Positions 19,693-29,086 are shown, counted from the first letter of the stretch. The stretch is 37,549 nucleotides of DNA from Candidatus Omnitrophota bacterium (GCA_020352775.1 CP070684.1:520421-557969), one strand, 5' to 3'. The notes: generated from the letters alone by a model not told the origin. A program made the numbers and translations.

Positions 19693-19721
19693 GAGTCGAT
19701 ATACAGCAAAAGGAGGTAAAA

Positions 19722-21344
19722 ATGAATTTACAACAACCAAACGCAAACGAGGCATTACAAACTGCCAACCGCTCCAGGAGCGTATCGCCCCTATCGGGAA
19801 TTTGCACGCGTTGCATCGACGGCTGCCGGGGAAATTGTGATATTTTCAAGGCAACATTTAGGGGCCGGGAAGTGATTTATCCTGGGCCTTATGGCGCGGT
19901 GACTGCCGGCGGGGATAAGAATTATCCTCTGGATTACTCTCATCTTAACATTCAGGGCTATGCGATGGATGCTAAGGGTCTTCCTGAAGGGGTTGAGGCT
20001 AATCCTGATACTGCTACGTTCCCTGCGGTTGATACCGAAACTGATTATGGCTGGAATAAAAAGGTAAAAATGTGCGTACCTATTTTTACTGGTGCCCTTG
20101 GTTCTACGGAAATTGCACGAAGAAACTGGGAGCATTTTGCAGTGGGTGCTGCGATTTCAGGAATTACTCTGGTTTGCGGAGAAAATGTTTGTGGAATCGA
20201 CCCTAAATTAGAGCTAGATTCCAACGGAAAAATAAAAAAAGCACCTGATATGGATCGTAGAATTGAAGTTTATAAAAGATTCCACGAAGGCTATGGAGAG
20301 ATTTTGGTCCAGATGAACGTTGAAGATACCCGTTTAGGTGTTGCGGAATACGTAAGAAAAAAACATAATCTGGAAACCATTGAACTTAAATGGGGCCAGG
20401 GCGCAAAGTGCATCGGTGGTGAGATTAAGGTTAACACCATTGAACGAGCCCGGGAACTTAAAAAACGCGGTTACATTGTCACCCCCGACCCTACCTTGCA
20501 TTCGGTTCAAGAAGCATACCGGGTAGGGGAAATCAAAGAGTTTGAGCGTCATTCCCGTTTGGGATTTGTAACCGAAGGGGCTTTCTTCGATGAAATCCAA
20601 CGGTTAAGAGATTTAGGCTTTAAGCGCATAACCTTAAAAACCGGAGCTTATCCGATGCGCGAATTAGCCATGGCAATTAAATATTCATCACTTGCAGGAA
20701 TTGATCTTCTTACAGTTGATGGTGCAGGGGGCGGAACAGGAATGAGTCCCTGGAGAATGATGCAAGAGTGGGGTGTGCCTACTTTTTATCTGCAATCCAT
20801 GACTTATGAAATCTGCGAGAAACTTAAGAAAAAAGGCATGCGTGTTCCGGATATTGCCATTGCCGGCGGCTTTTCATCGGAAGACCATGTGTTTAAAGTG
20901 CTTGCAATGGGAGCTCCTTACGTAAAAGCAGTTTGTATGGGGCGCGCACTTATGATTCCGGGTATGGTTGGTAAAAATATCGGGGAATGGATTAAAAACA
21001 ATGATTTGCCTAAAACAGTTTCAACCTATGGCAGCACCCCCGAGGAAATCTTTATCGGATATGAAGAATTAATAGATAAATACGGTAAAGAAATGAAAAA
21101 TATCCCTCTGGGTGCAGTGGGAGTTTACTGCTTCACTCAGAAAATAAAGGTCGGCTTGCAGCAACTTATGGCCGGCAGCAGAAATTTTAGGATAAACAGT
21201 ATTTCAAGAAAAGACCTGATGTGTCTCACTGAAGAAGCAGCAAAGGTATCCGGGATACCTTATGTAATGGATGCTTACCGCAAAGAGGCAGAACAAATTT
21301 TGGACAGCGAAGTGAAAGCTCGGTTTAAAGCTGTAAAACACTAA
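19722..21344 (+). CDS. Stand-alone FMN-binding glutamate synthase family protein with an N-terminal 4-Cys motif
   Basis: IELKWGQGAK..GG, DGAGGGTG, AGG......FK..AMGA; CTRCIDGCRGNC; no amidotransferase domain; SD AAGGAGGT. Confidence 0.85.
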   Translation: MNLQQPNANEALQTANRSRSVSPLSGICTRCIDGCRGNCDIFKATFRGREVIYPGPYGAVTAGGDKNYPLDYSHLNIQGYAMDAKGLPEGVEANPDTATFPAVDTETDYGWNKKVKMCVPIFTGALGSTEIARRNWEHFAVGAAISGITLVCGENVCGIDPKLELDSNGKIKKAPDMDRRIEVYKRFHEGYGEILVQMNVEDTRLGVAEYVRKKHNLETIELKWGQGAKCIGGEIKVNTIERARELKKRGYIVTPDPTLHSVQEAYRVGEIKEFERHSRLGFVTEGAFFDEIQRLRDLGFKRITLKTGAYPMRELAMAIKYSSLAGIDLLTVDGAGGGTGMSPWRMMQEWGVPTFYLQSMTYEICEKLKKKGMRVPDIAIAGGFSSEDHVFKVLAMGAPYVKAVCMGRALMIPGMVGKNIGEWIKNNDLPKTVSTYGSTPEEIFIGYEELIDKYGKEMKNIPLGAVGVYCFTQKIKVGLQQLMAGSRNFRINSISRKDLMCLTEEAAKVSGIPYVMDAYRKEAEQILDSEVKARFKAVKH

Positions 21345-21355
21345 ATATTCCTACA

Positions 21356-21377
21356 CCCCTTCTTGATAAAGAAGGGG
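21356..21377 (+). other. Intergenic stem-loop without T-tract (possible mRNA stability/processing element)
   Basis: CCCCTTCTT-GATA-AAGAAGGGG perfect 9-bp stem. Confidence 0.5.
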
Positions 21378-21400
21378 AGCGTGCAAACAGGAGGCGAAGC

Positions 21401-21559
21401 ATGAATGACAAAGGTCTGTGTCTAACATGTGCATATGATAAACGCTGCTTTTTCCCGCGAAAATACCCTGTATTTGAATGTACTGAGTTTTCAGCGGTAA
21501 AAGTCAAGCCAGCAGCGCTGAAACGAAAGAAAATCAAAAGAAAACATCCATCCTGTTAA
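21401..21559 (+). CDS. Small Cys-rich protein, 52 aa (not in the ORF track)
   Basis: AGGAGG at 21389-94, 6 nt before ATG; MNDKGLCLTCAYDKRCFFPRKYPVFECTEFSAVKVKPAALKRKKIKRKHPSC*; Cx2C-x5-C-x10-C plus a basic tail. Confidence 0.7.
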   Translation: MNDKGLCLTCAYDKRCFFPRKYPVFECTEFSAVKVKPAALKRKKIKRKHPSC

Positions 21560-21606
21560 GCAATAGGCAAGCCCCCAGACCCCTTAATCATCCGTAAAAA
21601 GGATTC

Positions 21607-21634
21607 TTGATTTAATAAAAAACCCTGTTAAAAT
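21607..21634 (+). promoter_or_regulatory. Putative sigma70 promoter of glnA
   Basis: TTGATT (21607-12), 16 nt spacer, TG.TAAAAT (21626-34). Confidence 0.5.
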
Positions 21635-21686
21635 ATCTTTCTTGATAAGCGTATGATTACTTACGATAAAATTCGGAGGAAATAGA

Positions 21687-23006
21687 ATGACACGGCAAAT
21701 GCTGCTAAAAACTGTAAAAAGCAAAAAGGTAGGGTTTGTGCGTCTCTGGTTTACGGATGTGTTAGGGTTTTTAAAAAGCTTTGATATGCCTGTCGAAGAG
21801 CTGGCCGGAGCACTGAAGGACGGTATGGGCTTTGATGGTTCATCTATCGAAGGTTTTTCGCGGATCGAAGAATCAGATATGGTGGTAAAGCCTGACCCGA
21901 ACACCTTTCAACTTCTGCCCTGGATTGAAGAAGATAGGCCTGTGGCGAGAATGTTTTGCGATGTGGTGGAGCCGGGAGGAAAGCCCTTTACCGGTGATCC
22001 GCGCTATGTCTTAAAAAGAAATTTAGAAGAAGCTAAACGTATGGGGTTTACTTTTTACGTAGGGCCGGAACTGGAATATTTTTATTTTCGCAATAAAGGT
22101 GGGACCCAGATTCTTGATCGCGGAGGTTATTTTGATCTTACTCCTATGGATATTGGACAAGATTTGAGGCGTCAAACCGTGGTGATGCTTGAGAAAATGG
22201 GCATTGATGTTGAATATTGGCATCATGAAGTAGCGTCGTCGCAACACGAAATCGATTTGCGCTACAACGACGCGCTTGCTATGGCCGATGGTGTTATGAC
22301 CTATCGTATGATAGTAAAAGAAGTAGCAATGCAGAACAATCTTTATGCTACATTTATGCCAAAACCGATATACGGGATAAATGGAAGCGGCATGCACACG
22401 CATATGTCATTGTTTAAAGGAAACCGAAATGCTTTCTTCGATCCGAACGATAAATATCATCTCTCAAAAATAGCTAAATACTTTATTGCCGGATTATTGA
22501 AACATGCCCGGGAAATTTGTTCAGTTTGCTGTCAGTGGGTAAATTCCTATAAGCGATTAGTTCCCGGCCATGAAGCTCCGGTTTATGTCTCTTGGGCGCA
22601 AAAAAACCGCTCGGCCCTTGTCCGTGTCCCTGTATATAAACCAGGAAAAGAAAAAGCAACACGCGTTGAATTGCGCAATCCAGATCCTGCCTGCAATCCC
22701 TATCTGGCGTTTGCGGTGATGCTGGCGGCAGGGTTAGAAGGCATCAAAAGAAAATACCCTTTAGCGAAAGAGGTGTCCAGCAATATTTACGAAATGACTG
22801 AAAATGAAAGGAAAAATGTCGGAATAGAATCTTTGCCCGATGATTTATTTGAAGCAATCAATATCACTGAAAAAAGTGCGTTGGTGAGAAAAGCTTTAGG
22901 AGATAAAGTCTTTGAATTCTTTATCCGCAACAAGAAGGATGAATGGAGTGACTATCGAAAGCAAATTACGAAGTATGAGCTGGATAAATATCTCCCGATT
23001 CTGTAA
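21687..23006 (+). CDS. glnA: Glutamine synthetase type I (alpha-like, 439 aa)
   Basis: FDGSSIEGF.RI.ESDM, GPELEY, HHEVA..QHEI, TFMPKP..GINGSGMH.H.SL, NSYKRLVPG.EAP, ELR.PDP.CNPYL. Confidence 0.96.
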   Translation: MTRQMLLKTVKSKKVGFVRLWFTDVLGFLKSFDMPVEELAGALKDGMGFDGSSIEGFSRIEESDMVVKPDPNTFQLLPWIEEDRPVARMFCDVVEPGGKPFTGDPRYVLKRNLEEAKRMGFTFYVGPELEYFYFRNKGGTQILDRGGYFDLTPMDIGQDLRRQTVVMLEKMGIDVEYWHHEVASSQHEIDLRYNDALAMADGVMTYRMIVKEVAMQNNLYATFMPKPIYGINGSGMHTHMSLFKGNRNAFFDPNDKYHLSKIAKYFIAGLLKHAREICSVCCQWVNSYKRLVPGHEAPVYVSWAQKNRSALVRVPVYKPGKEKATRVELRNPDPACNPYLAFAVMLAAGLEGIKRKYPLAKEVSSNIYEMTENERKNVGIESLPDDLFEAINITEKSALVRKALGDKVFEFFIRNKKDEWSDYRKQITKYELDKYLPIL

Positions 23007-23068
23007 ACTTACACCTTGAGATTAAAATTATTGTATACTCACTCCTGTAGCCTTAAATCTACAAAAAC

Positions 23069-23773
23069 ATGCCAAAGGCATCTTACAAAGAATATATCAA
23101 TACTCTAAGCAAAATCAGCAAAGCGATCACCTCTGAGCTATACCTGGAGGATGTGCTTAAGCTAATTGTTACCCTTACTGCGAATGTAATGAAGGCCAAG
23201 ATCTGCTCACTCTGGCTTCTGGATAAAAATACAAAAGAACTGAAAATAAGAGCCACTCAAGCCATGGGGCAGGAGTATTTAAAAGAACGCAGCCTCAGAT
23301 TAGGAGAGGGTATCGTGGGATTGGTCGCAAAAGAAAAAAAACCAATTGTGATTCTTGATGTTGTAAAGGATCTTAAATACAAAGAGAAACAGCTTGCAAA
23401 AAAAGAAGGTCTGATTTCGATGTTGAGTGTACCGATGATGGTAAAGAAAAAAGTGGTCGGAGTAATAAACCTTTACACCACCACTCCTTATAAATTCAGC
23501 AAAAGCGATATCGATCTTTTAAGTGCTGTTGCCAATCAGGCTGCGGTGGCAATTGAAAATACTGAGCTGATGGTTAAAACTAGAATTATCCAGGAGGAGC
23601 TAGATACCAGAAAGAAGGTAGAGCGGGCAAAGGGAATATTGATGAACGAGCAAAGCCTGACCGAAGAAGAGGCTTATAATCTTATTCGTAAATCCAGCAT
23701 GAACAAACGTGTTCCTATGAAAGATATTGCCGAGGCCATAATTCTTTCTCATGAAATTAAAGGTAATAAATAA
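23069..23773 (+). CDS. GAF-ANTAR one-component RNA-binding antiterminator
   Basis: N-terminal GAF (GEGIVG.VA, SMLSVP, VGVINL, ANQAAVAIEN) and C-terminal ANTAR (RKKVERAKGILM....LTEEEAY.LIRK.SM..R..MKDIAEAI). Confidence 0.93.
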   Translation: MPKASYKEYINTLSKISKAITSELYLEDVLKLIVTLTANVMKAKICSLWLLDKNTKELKIRATQAMGQEYLKERSLRLGEGIVGLVAKEKKPIVILDVVKDLKYKEKQLAKKEGLISMLSVPMMVKKKVVGVINLYTTTPYKFSKSDIDLLSAVANQAAVAIENTELMVKTRIIQEELDTRKKVERAKGILMNEQSLTEEEAYNLIRKSSMNKRVPMKDIAEAIILSHEIKGNK

Positions 23774-23784
23774 AGGAGGGTAAG

Positions 23785-24021
23785 ATGCCTTACAATCAGC
23801 AACTAGACGAGTGTTTGTTTACCAAAGCCTGGGAAGGTGAAGCAACAAGGTTAACCGTTAGTGTTTACTCTTACAATAAAGGACCTAAAAAGCTACAAAT
23901 TGTAAGGGAGAATAAAGACACCGAAGGCAATTTTAGGTTTACCCGCTTGGGCAGAATCAGCAAAGAGGAGCTTGAGGCTATTCTTCCTTTGATTAAGGAA
24001 GCGCAAGGTAACTTGGAGTAG
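23785..24021 (+). CDS. Small hypothetical protein, possibly a PC4/YdbC-like nucleic-acid-binding fold
   Basis: SD AAGGAGG; predicted beta-rich N-part (VSVYSYN.G.KKLQI.R) followed by a C-terminal helix (ISKEELEAIL). The fold call is inference. Confidence 0.7.
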   Translation: MPYNQQLDECLFTKAWEGEATRLTVSVYSYNKGPKKLQIVRENKDTEGNFRFTRLGRISKEELEAILPLIKEAQGNLE

Positions 24022-24049
24022 ATTTCTACCATCGGTTTTCGGAAAATTA

Positions 24050-24077
24050 TTGACAAGTAATTTTTTTGTGGTATAGT
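24050..24077 (+). promoter_or_regulatory. sigma70 promoter of the carB leader
   Basis: TTGACA (24050-55), 16 nt spacer, TG.TATAGT (24069-77). Confidence 0.7.
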
Positions 24078-24097
24078 TCCTTTGAAATATCGTGAAT

Positions 24098-24160
24098 TTC
24101 TACAAAGACAGTGGAAGAAAAAGGCAAAGAAGCCCCCGGTAAAATGACGGGGGTTTTTTT
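24098..24160 (+). promoter_or_regulatory. ANTAR dual hairpin plus terminator (module C1)
   Basis: P1 TTCTAC-AAAGACA-GTGGAA; P2 GGC-AAAGAA-GCC (A1/G4 hexaloop, 24123-34); terminator GCCCCCG (24132-38)/CGGGGGT (24148-54) plus T-tract. Confidence 0.8.
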
Positions 24161-24162
24161 CT

Positions 24163-24249
24163 GTCAATAAGCATTAGAGTGGATTGATGCATTGAGTAGG
24201 ACGATGGCGTCCTTCTTGCTACGGCGCAGTAGAGGGACGCTTTATTCTT
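24163..24249 (+). promoter_or_regulatory. Long hairpin, ANTAR hairpin and terminator (module C2)
   Basis: TCAAT..GCATTAG-AGTGGA-TTGATGC-ATTGA; AGGAC-GATGGC-GTCCT (24198-213); terminator GCGTCCTTCT (24207-16)/AGAGGGACGC (24231-40) plus TTTATTCTT. Confidence 0.75.
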
Positions 24250-24283
24250 ATCTGAGAGTTTTTATTAATGAAGGAGAGCGGTA

Positions 24284-27200
24284 ATGCCAAGACGCAAAGA
24301 TATTAAAAAGGTATTGATTATCGGTTCCGGGCCGATCATTATCGGACAGGCCTGTGAATTTGATTATTCCGGTACTCAGGCTTGTAAGGCATTAAAAGAA
24401 GAAGGCTATGAGGTCGTGTTGGTCAATTCCAACCCCGCTACGATCATGACTGACCCTGGTATGGCTCACAAAACATATATCGCGCCCCTTACGGTTGAAA
24501 GCCTTGAAAAAATCATCGAAAAAGAAAAACCTGATGCTCTTCTTCCTAATCTAGGCGGCCAGACCGGTCTTAATCTAGCCTCGAACCTCTATAAGGCTGG
24601 GATTTTAGATAAATACAAGGTGGAGGTTATTGGGGTTAAGGCAGATGCGATTGAGCGCGGCGAAGACCGTCTTATTTTTAAAGAAACCATGAATAAGTTG
24701 GGGATTCCTTTGCCTAAATCTGAGATTAGCCGCTCAATCCAGGAGGCAGAGGCTATCGCGGAGAGGTTAAAATACCCAGTGGTATTGCGCCCTGCCTATA
24801 CTCTGGGCGGAACCGGCGGAGGAATTGCTTACAACATCGAAGAACTAAGAACTATTGTCAGCAGGGGTCTTTCCGCAAGCATTGTTAATCAAGTCTTGGT
24901 AGAAGAGGCGGTGATTGGCTGGGAAGAGTTAGAACTTGAAGTAGTGCGTGATGAAAAAAATCAAAAGATAACGGTCTGCTTTATTGAAAACATCGATGCG
25001 ATGGGTGTACATACCGGTGACAGTTTCTGTGCGGCACCGATGCTTACCGTGCCTGAAAAATTACAGAAAAAGATGCAGGAATATTCCTATAAGATTGTCG
25101 ATGCCATTGGAGTGGTGGGCGGAACAAATATCCAATTTGCTCACAATTTAGAAGATGATCGATTGGTGGTAATTGAAATCAATCCTCGTACTTCCCGTTC
25201 GTCAGCTCTTGCTTCTAAAGCAACCGGCTTTCCTATTGCAAGAATTTCAACTAAGCTTGCCGCAGGTTTAAGTATGGATGAAATCCCTTATTGGCGAAAA
25301 GGTACGCTTGAGAAATACGAACCCTGGGGAGATTATGTGGTTATTAAGTTTGCGCGTTGGGCTTTTGAGAAATTCCCCAAAGCCAAAGACATCCTCGGAA
25401 CCCAAATGAAGGCTGTGGGGGAGGTAATGAGTATTGGTAAGAATTTTAAGGAAGCTTTCCAGAAGGCTATTCGTTCTTTGGAGATAAAACGTTATGGTTT
25501 AGGGCTGTCTAAATTTAAAGAGCTTGACTTTGCAGAGCTTCAAGCAAGGCTTACTTTTCCTTCCAGCGAACGCATATTTTTGGTATACGAAGCTTTGCGC
25601 AGAGGTATATCCGTAGAAGAACTCTATAAGGTGACCCATATCGGACGCTGGTTCATCAATGAAATGAAGGAGCTGGTCGAACTTGAAGAATACCTGCTAA
25701 CCAAGAGCTGGAATGATTTGCCAGCTAAAGATTTAGCTAAAGCAAAAGAATGGGGTTTTTCAGACCGGTGCCTGGCAGATATTTTTGGCATCGCCGAGGC
25801 GCAAATAAGAAACAGAAGGATTGAGATCGGTAAAGCCGGCTGCTTTGATGCAGTGCCGGTAAGCGGAGTGGAAAACGCCGCTTATTATTATTCCACTTAT
25901 AATGGTGAGGATAAGGTGCCGGTATCATCCAATAAAAAGATAATGATTTTAGGAGGGGGGCCTAACCGTATTGGTCAGGGTATTGAGTTTGACTATACCT
26001 GTGTTCATGCGGCATTTGCTTTGCGCGATGAAGGCTATGAATCCATCATGATAAACTGTAATCCTGAAACGGTCTCAACTGACTATGATACATCAAATAA
26101 GCTTTATTTTGAACCGTTAACAGTAGAAGATGTCTTGACCATCTATGAAAAAGAAAAGCCCGAAGGTGTGATTGTACAATTCGGGGGACAAACCCCGTTA
26201 AATATCGCTCAAGAGTTAAAAGATAACGGGGTAAATATTTTAGGAACCTCTCCCGAAAGTATTCGTTTAGCAGAAGACCGGGAATATTTTCGAAAGAGGA
26301 TGCTTGAATTAAATGTCCCTCAGCCTGAAGGTGGCACTGCTCGTTCACTCCATGAGGCGATCGAGATTGCCAACAAAATAGGGTACCCACTTATGGTGCG
26401 GCCATCATTTGTTTTGGGCGGTCGAGGAATGGAGATTATTTACGATGAGATAATGTTAAAAAGATATGCTCAAGAAGCTATTCAGGTCAGCCCTGAATAC
26501 CCCATGCTCATTGACCGCTTTCTGGAGCAGGCAATCGAGGCTGAAGTTGATGCTCTTTCAGACGGCCAAGATATTTTTATTGCTGCGGTTATGGAACATA
26601 TCGAATTAGCAGGTGTACATTCTGGTGATTCCGCATGTGCGATTCCACCCCGGACCCTTAAAGAAAAACACCTGAGTGATATTAAAAAGTATACTGCTCA
26701 AATCGCTAAAGAACTTAAAGTTGTGGGGCTTATGAATATTCAATATGCGATACACGAAAACAAAGTGTACATCCTAGAAGCGAATCCGCGGGCTTCACGT
26801 ACGGTTCCTTTAGTATCCAAGGTGACCGGAGCACCGATTGCACGCATTGCTACTCAGATTATGCTCGGAAAAAAAATAAAAGATTTTCCGGAATTAAAAA
26901 AGTGCACCCCTCGTTTCGTGGGGGTTAAAGAGGCAGTATTTCCGTTTAATATGTTTCCGGAGGTCGACCCCTTATTGGGTCCGGAAATGCGAGCAACCGG
27001 TGAAGTTATGGGTATGGCTGATACTTTTGGCCTTGCGTTTTATCTTGCTGAAGAAGCTGCCGGCTCAAAACTACCCATTGAAGGAAATGCGCTTCTTACT
27101 GTAGCTGATAAAGATAAAAAGTTTTTACTTCCCATTGCGCAGCGTCTTAAGAAGCTGGGATTTAATATTTATGCTACTGAAAGAACTAGCAAGTTCTTGA

Positions 27201-27520
27201 AAGAAAACAAGATTGAAAACACCGAAATCAAGAAAGTACACGAAGGACGCCCCAATATCGTTGATGCTATTAAAAACAAGGATATCAATCTTATTATCAA
27301 CACGCCTGTGGGGCGCAGCTCCAAATACGACGACAGCCACATCCGTATTATGGCCATACAACACAAAGTTCCCTACATTACATCAATGGCCGCTGCCCAA
27401 GCTAGTGTGGAAGGGATCGAGGTAACAAAAAAAGGTAAAATCTTGCCCAAAGCACTGCAAGATTATTATAAAGATAACTCATTTGCCGAAAAAAGTCAAA
27501 AAGCATGTAAGAAATCGTGA
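24284..27520 (+). CDS. carB: Carbamoyl-phosphate synthase large subunit
   Basis: IGSGPIIIGQACEFDYSG, IEINPRTSRSSALASKATGFPIA, GGGPNRIGQGIEFDY, NPRASRTVP and a C-terminal MGS-like domain. Confidence 0.97.
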   Translation: MPRRKDIKKVLIIGSGPIIIGQACEFDYSGTQACKALKEEGYEVVLVNSNPATIMTDPGMAHKTYIAPLTVESLEKIIEKEKPDALLPNLGGQTGLNLASNLYKAGILDKYKVEVIGVKADAIERGEDRLIFKETMNKLGIPLPKSEISRSIQEAEAIAERLKYPVVLRPAYTLGGTGGGIAYNIEELRTIVSRGLSASIVNQVLVEEAVIGWEELELEVVRDEKNQKITVCFIENIDAMGVHTGDSFCAAPMLTVPEKLQKKMQEYSYKIVDAIGVVGGTNIQFAHNLEDDRLVVIEINPRTSRSSALASKATGFPIARISTKLAAGLSMDEIPYWRKGTLEKYEPWGDYVVIKFARWAFEKFPKAKDILGTQMKAVGEVMSIGKNFKEAFQKAIRSLEIKRYGLGLSKFKELDFAELQARLTFPSSERIFLVYEALRRGISVEELYKVTHIGRWFINEMKELVELEEYLLTKSWNDLPAKDLAKAKEWGFSDRCLADIFGIAEAQIRNRRIEIGKAGCFDAVPVSGVENAAYYYSTYNGEDKVPVSSNKKIMILGGGPNRIGQGIEFDYTCVHAAFALRDEGYESIMINCNPETVSTDYDTSNKLYFEPLTVEDVLTIYEKEKPEGVIVQFGGQTPLNIAQELKDNGVNILGTSPESIRLAEDREYFRKRMLELNVPQPEGGTARSLHEAIEIANKIGYPLMVRPSFVLGGRGMEIIYDEIMLKRYAQEAIQVSPEYPMLIDRFLEQAIEAEVDALSDGQDIFIAAVMEHIELAGVHSGDSACAIPPRTLKEKHLSDIKKYTAQIAKELKVVGLMNIQYAIHENKVYILEANPRASRTVPLVSKVTGAPIARIATQIMLGKKIKDFPELKKCTPRFVGVKEAVFPFNMFPEVDPLLGPEMRATGEVMGMADTFGLAFYLAEEAAGSKLPIEGNALLTVADKDKKFLLPIAQRLKKLGFNIYATERTSKFLKENKIENTEIKKVHEGRPNIVDAIKNKDINLIINTPVGRSSKYDDSHIRIMAIQHKVPYITSMAAAQASVEGIEVTKKGKILPKALQDYYKDNSFAEKSQKACKKS

Positions 27521-27574
27521 TCGCACAACAAAATATGATACCAAGATTGGATAGATCCTAAACGGAGGATAGAT

Positions 27575-29086
27575 ATGAAGATAGGATTTGATAATGAGAA
27601 ATATTTAAAAGAACAGACTCATGCGATCCTTGAAAGAGTTAAAAAATTCAACAATAAATTATACTTAGAGTTCGGCGGTAAAATTATCTTTGATTATCAT
27701 GCCTCGCGCGTTTTGCCCGGTTTTGACCCCAATGTGAAGATGAGGTTATTACAGAAACTCAAAGATAAGGCAGATATCATTCTGTGCATTTACTCCGGCG
27801 ACATTGAAAGACGAAAAGTAAGAGCAGATTTCGGCATCACTTATGACGTTGATGCCATGAAGTTGATTGATGATTTGCGGGATTGGGGCATTGATGTTCG
27901 GGCAGTGGTAATAACCCGCTTTGATGATCAGCCCTCAGCCATAATATTTAAAAACAAGCTGGAACGCCGGGGCGTAAAAGTATATACCCACCGCTTTACA
28001 AAAGGATATCCCACCGACATCGATACAATTGTAAGCGATGAAGGCTATGGCGCCAATGCTTATATTGAGACCACTAACCCTTTAGTTATTGTTACTGCGC
28101 CCGGTCCCGGAAGCGGAAAGCTGGCCACCTGCCTTTCACAGTTATACCACGAGAACAAACACGGCATAAAAGCCGGATATGCAAAATTTGAGACTTTTCC
28201 CATTTGGAACCTGGCGCTTAAGCATCCGGTGAATGTGGCATATGAGGCCGCTACTGCCGATATCAGAGATTTTAATATGATTGATCCCTTTCACCTTACG
28301 GCCTACAAAAAGACAACTGTTAACTATAACCGTGATGTGGAGGTATTCCCAGTACTTAAACGAATACTTGAAAAAATAACTGGTTCAGAATCAATATACA
28401 AATCTCCCACTGATATGGGGGTAAATCGTGCTGGATTTGGCATCGTTGACGATAAAAGGGTGCAGCTAGCCGCAAAACAAGAAGTAATCCGAAGGTATTT
28501 CCGGTATCAATGCGAATACATGATGGGGTTTGTGGATAAGGAAACTGTTCAGCGTGCCGAGCTTATAATGGAGGAATTGGGCGTAAAACCTGCTGACCGA
28601 ACCACCGTAGAGCAGGCACGCCAGGCCGCAAGCGAGGCTCAAGAAAAAGGCAAGGGAAACAATGGTATTTTCTGTGGGGCAGCAATAGAGCTAAAAAACG
28701 GCACAATTATAACCGGAAAAAATTCTACACTCATGCATGCCACCTCCAGTCTTATCTTAAATGCTATAAAGCAATTGGCTGATATCCCGGATAAAATACA
28801 CCTTCTTTCACCCAATATAATTGATTCCATAGGGGTCCTCAAAAAGGATACCTTGTCCTCAAAAAGCGTAAGTTTAGATTTGGAGGAAACCCTCATCGCT
28901 TTAAGCATCAGCGCTGCCACAAATCCATCAGCACAGCTTGCGATGCAAGGTCTAAAAGAACTTAGCGGTTGCGAGGTACATATTACGCATATTCCTACGC
29001 CAGGAGATGAGGCTGGCCTAAGAAGCCTGGGCGTTAACTTAACCAGCGATCCGCAGTTTTCCAGTCACAGTCTATTTGTGGGGTAG
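27575..29086 (+). CDS. DUF1846 / UPF0371 family protein (P-loop-containing)
   Basis: [59 protein letters not shown]; family recognised from memory. Confidence 0.85.
   Translation: MKIGFDNEKYLKEQTHAILERVKKFNNKLYLEFGGKIIFDYHASRVLPGFDPNVKMRLLQKLKDKADIILCIYSGDIERRKVRADFGITYDVDAMKLIDDLRDWGIDVRAVVITRFDDQPSAIIFKNKLERRGVKVYTHRFTKGYPTDIDTIVSDEGYGANAYIETTNPLVIVTAPGPGSGKLATCLSQLYHENKHGIKAGYAKFETFPIWNLALKHPVNVAYEAATADIRDFNMIDPFHLTAYKKTTVNYNRDVEVFPVLKRILEKITGSESIYKSPTDMGVNRAGFGIVDDKRVQLAAKQEVIRRYFRYQCEYMMGFVDKETVQRAELIMEELGVKPADRTTVEQARQAASEAQEKGKGNNGIFCGAAIELKNGTIITGKNSTLMHATSSLILNAIKQLADIPDKIHLLSPNIIDSIGVLKKDTLSSKSVSLDLEETLIALSISAATNPSAQLAMQGLKELSGCEVHITHIPTPGDEAGLRSLGVNLTSDPQFSSHSLFVG

Noticed and set aside
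24078-24283. PyrR or T-box attenuator in the carB leader
   Set aside because: I see no PyrR binding-loop consensus or T-box GGTGG.ACC sequence; the hairpins match the other ANTAR-like modules.
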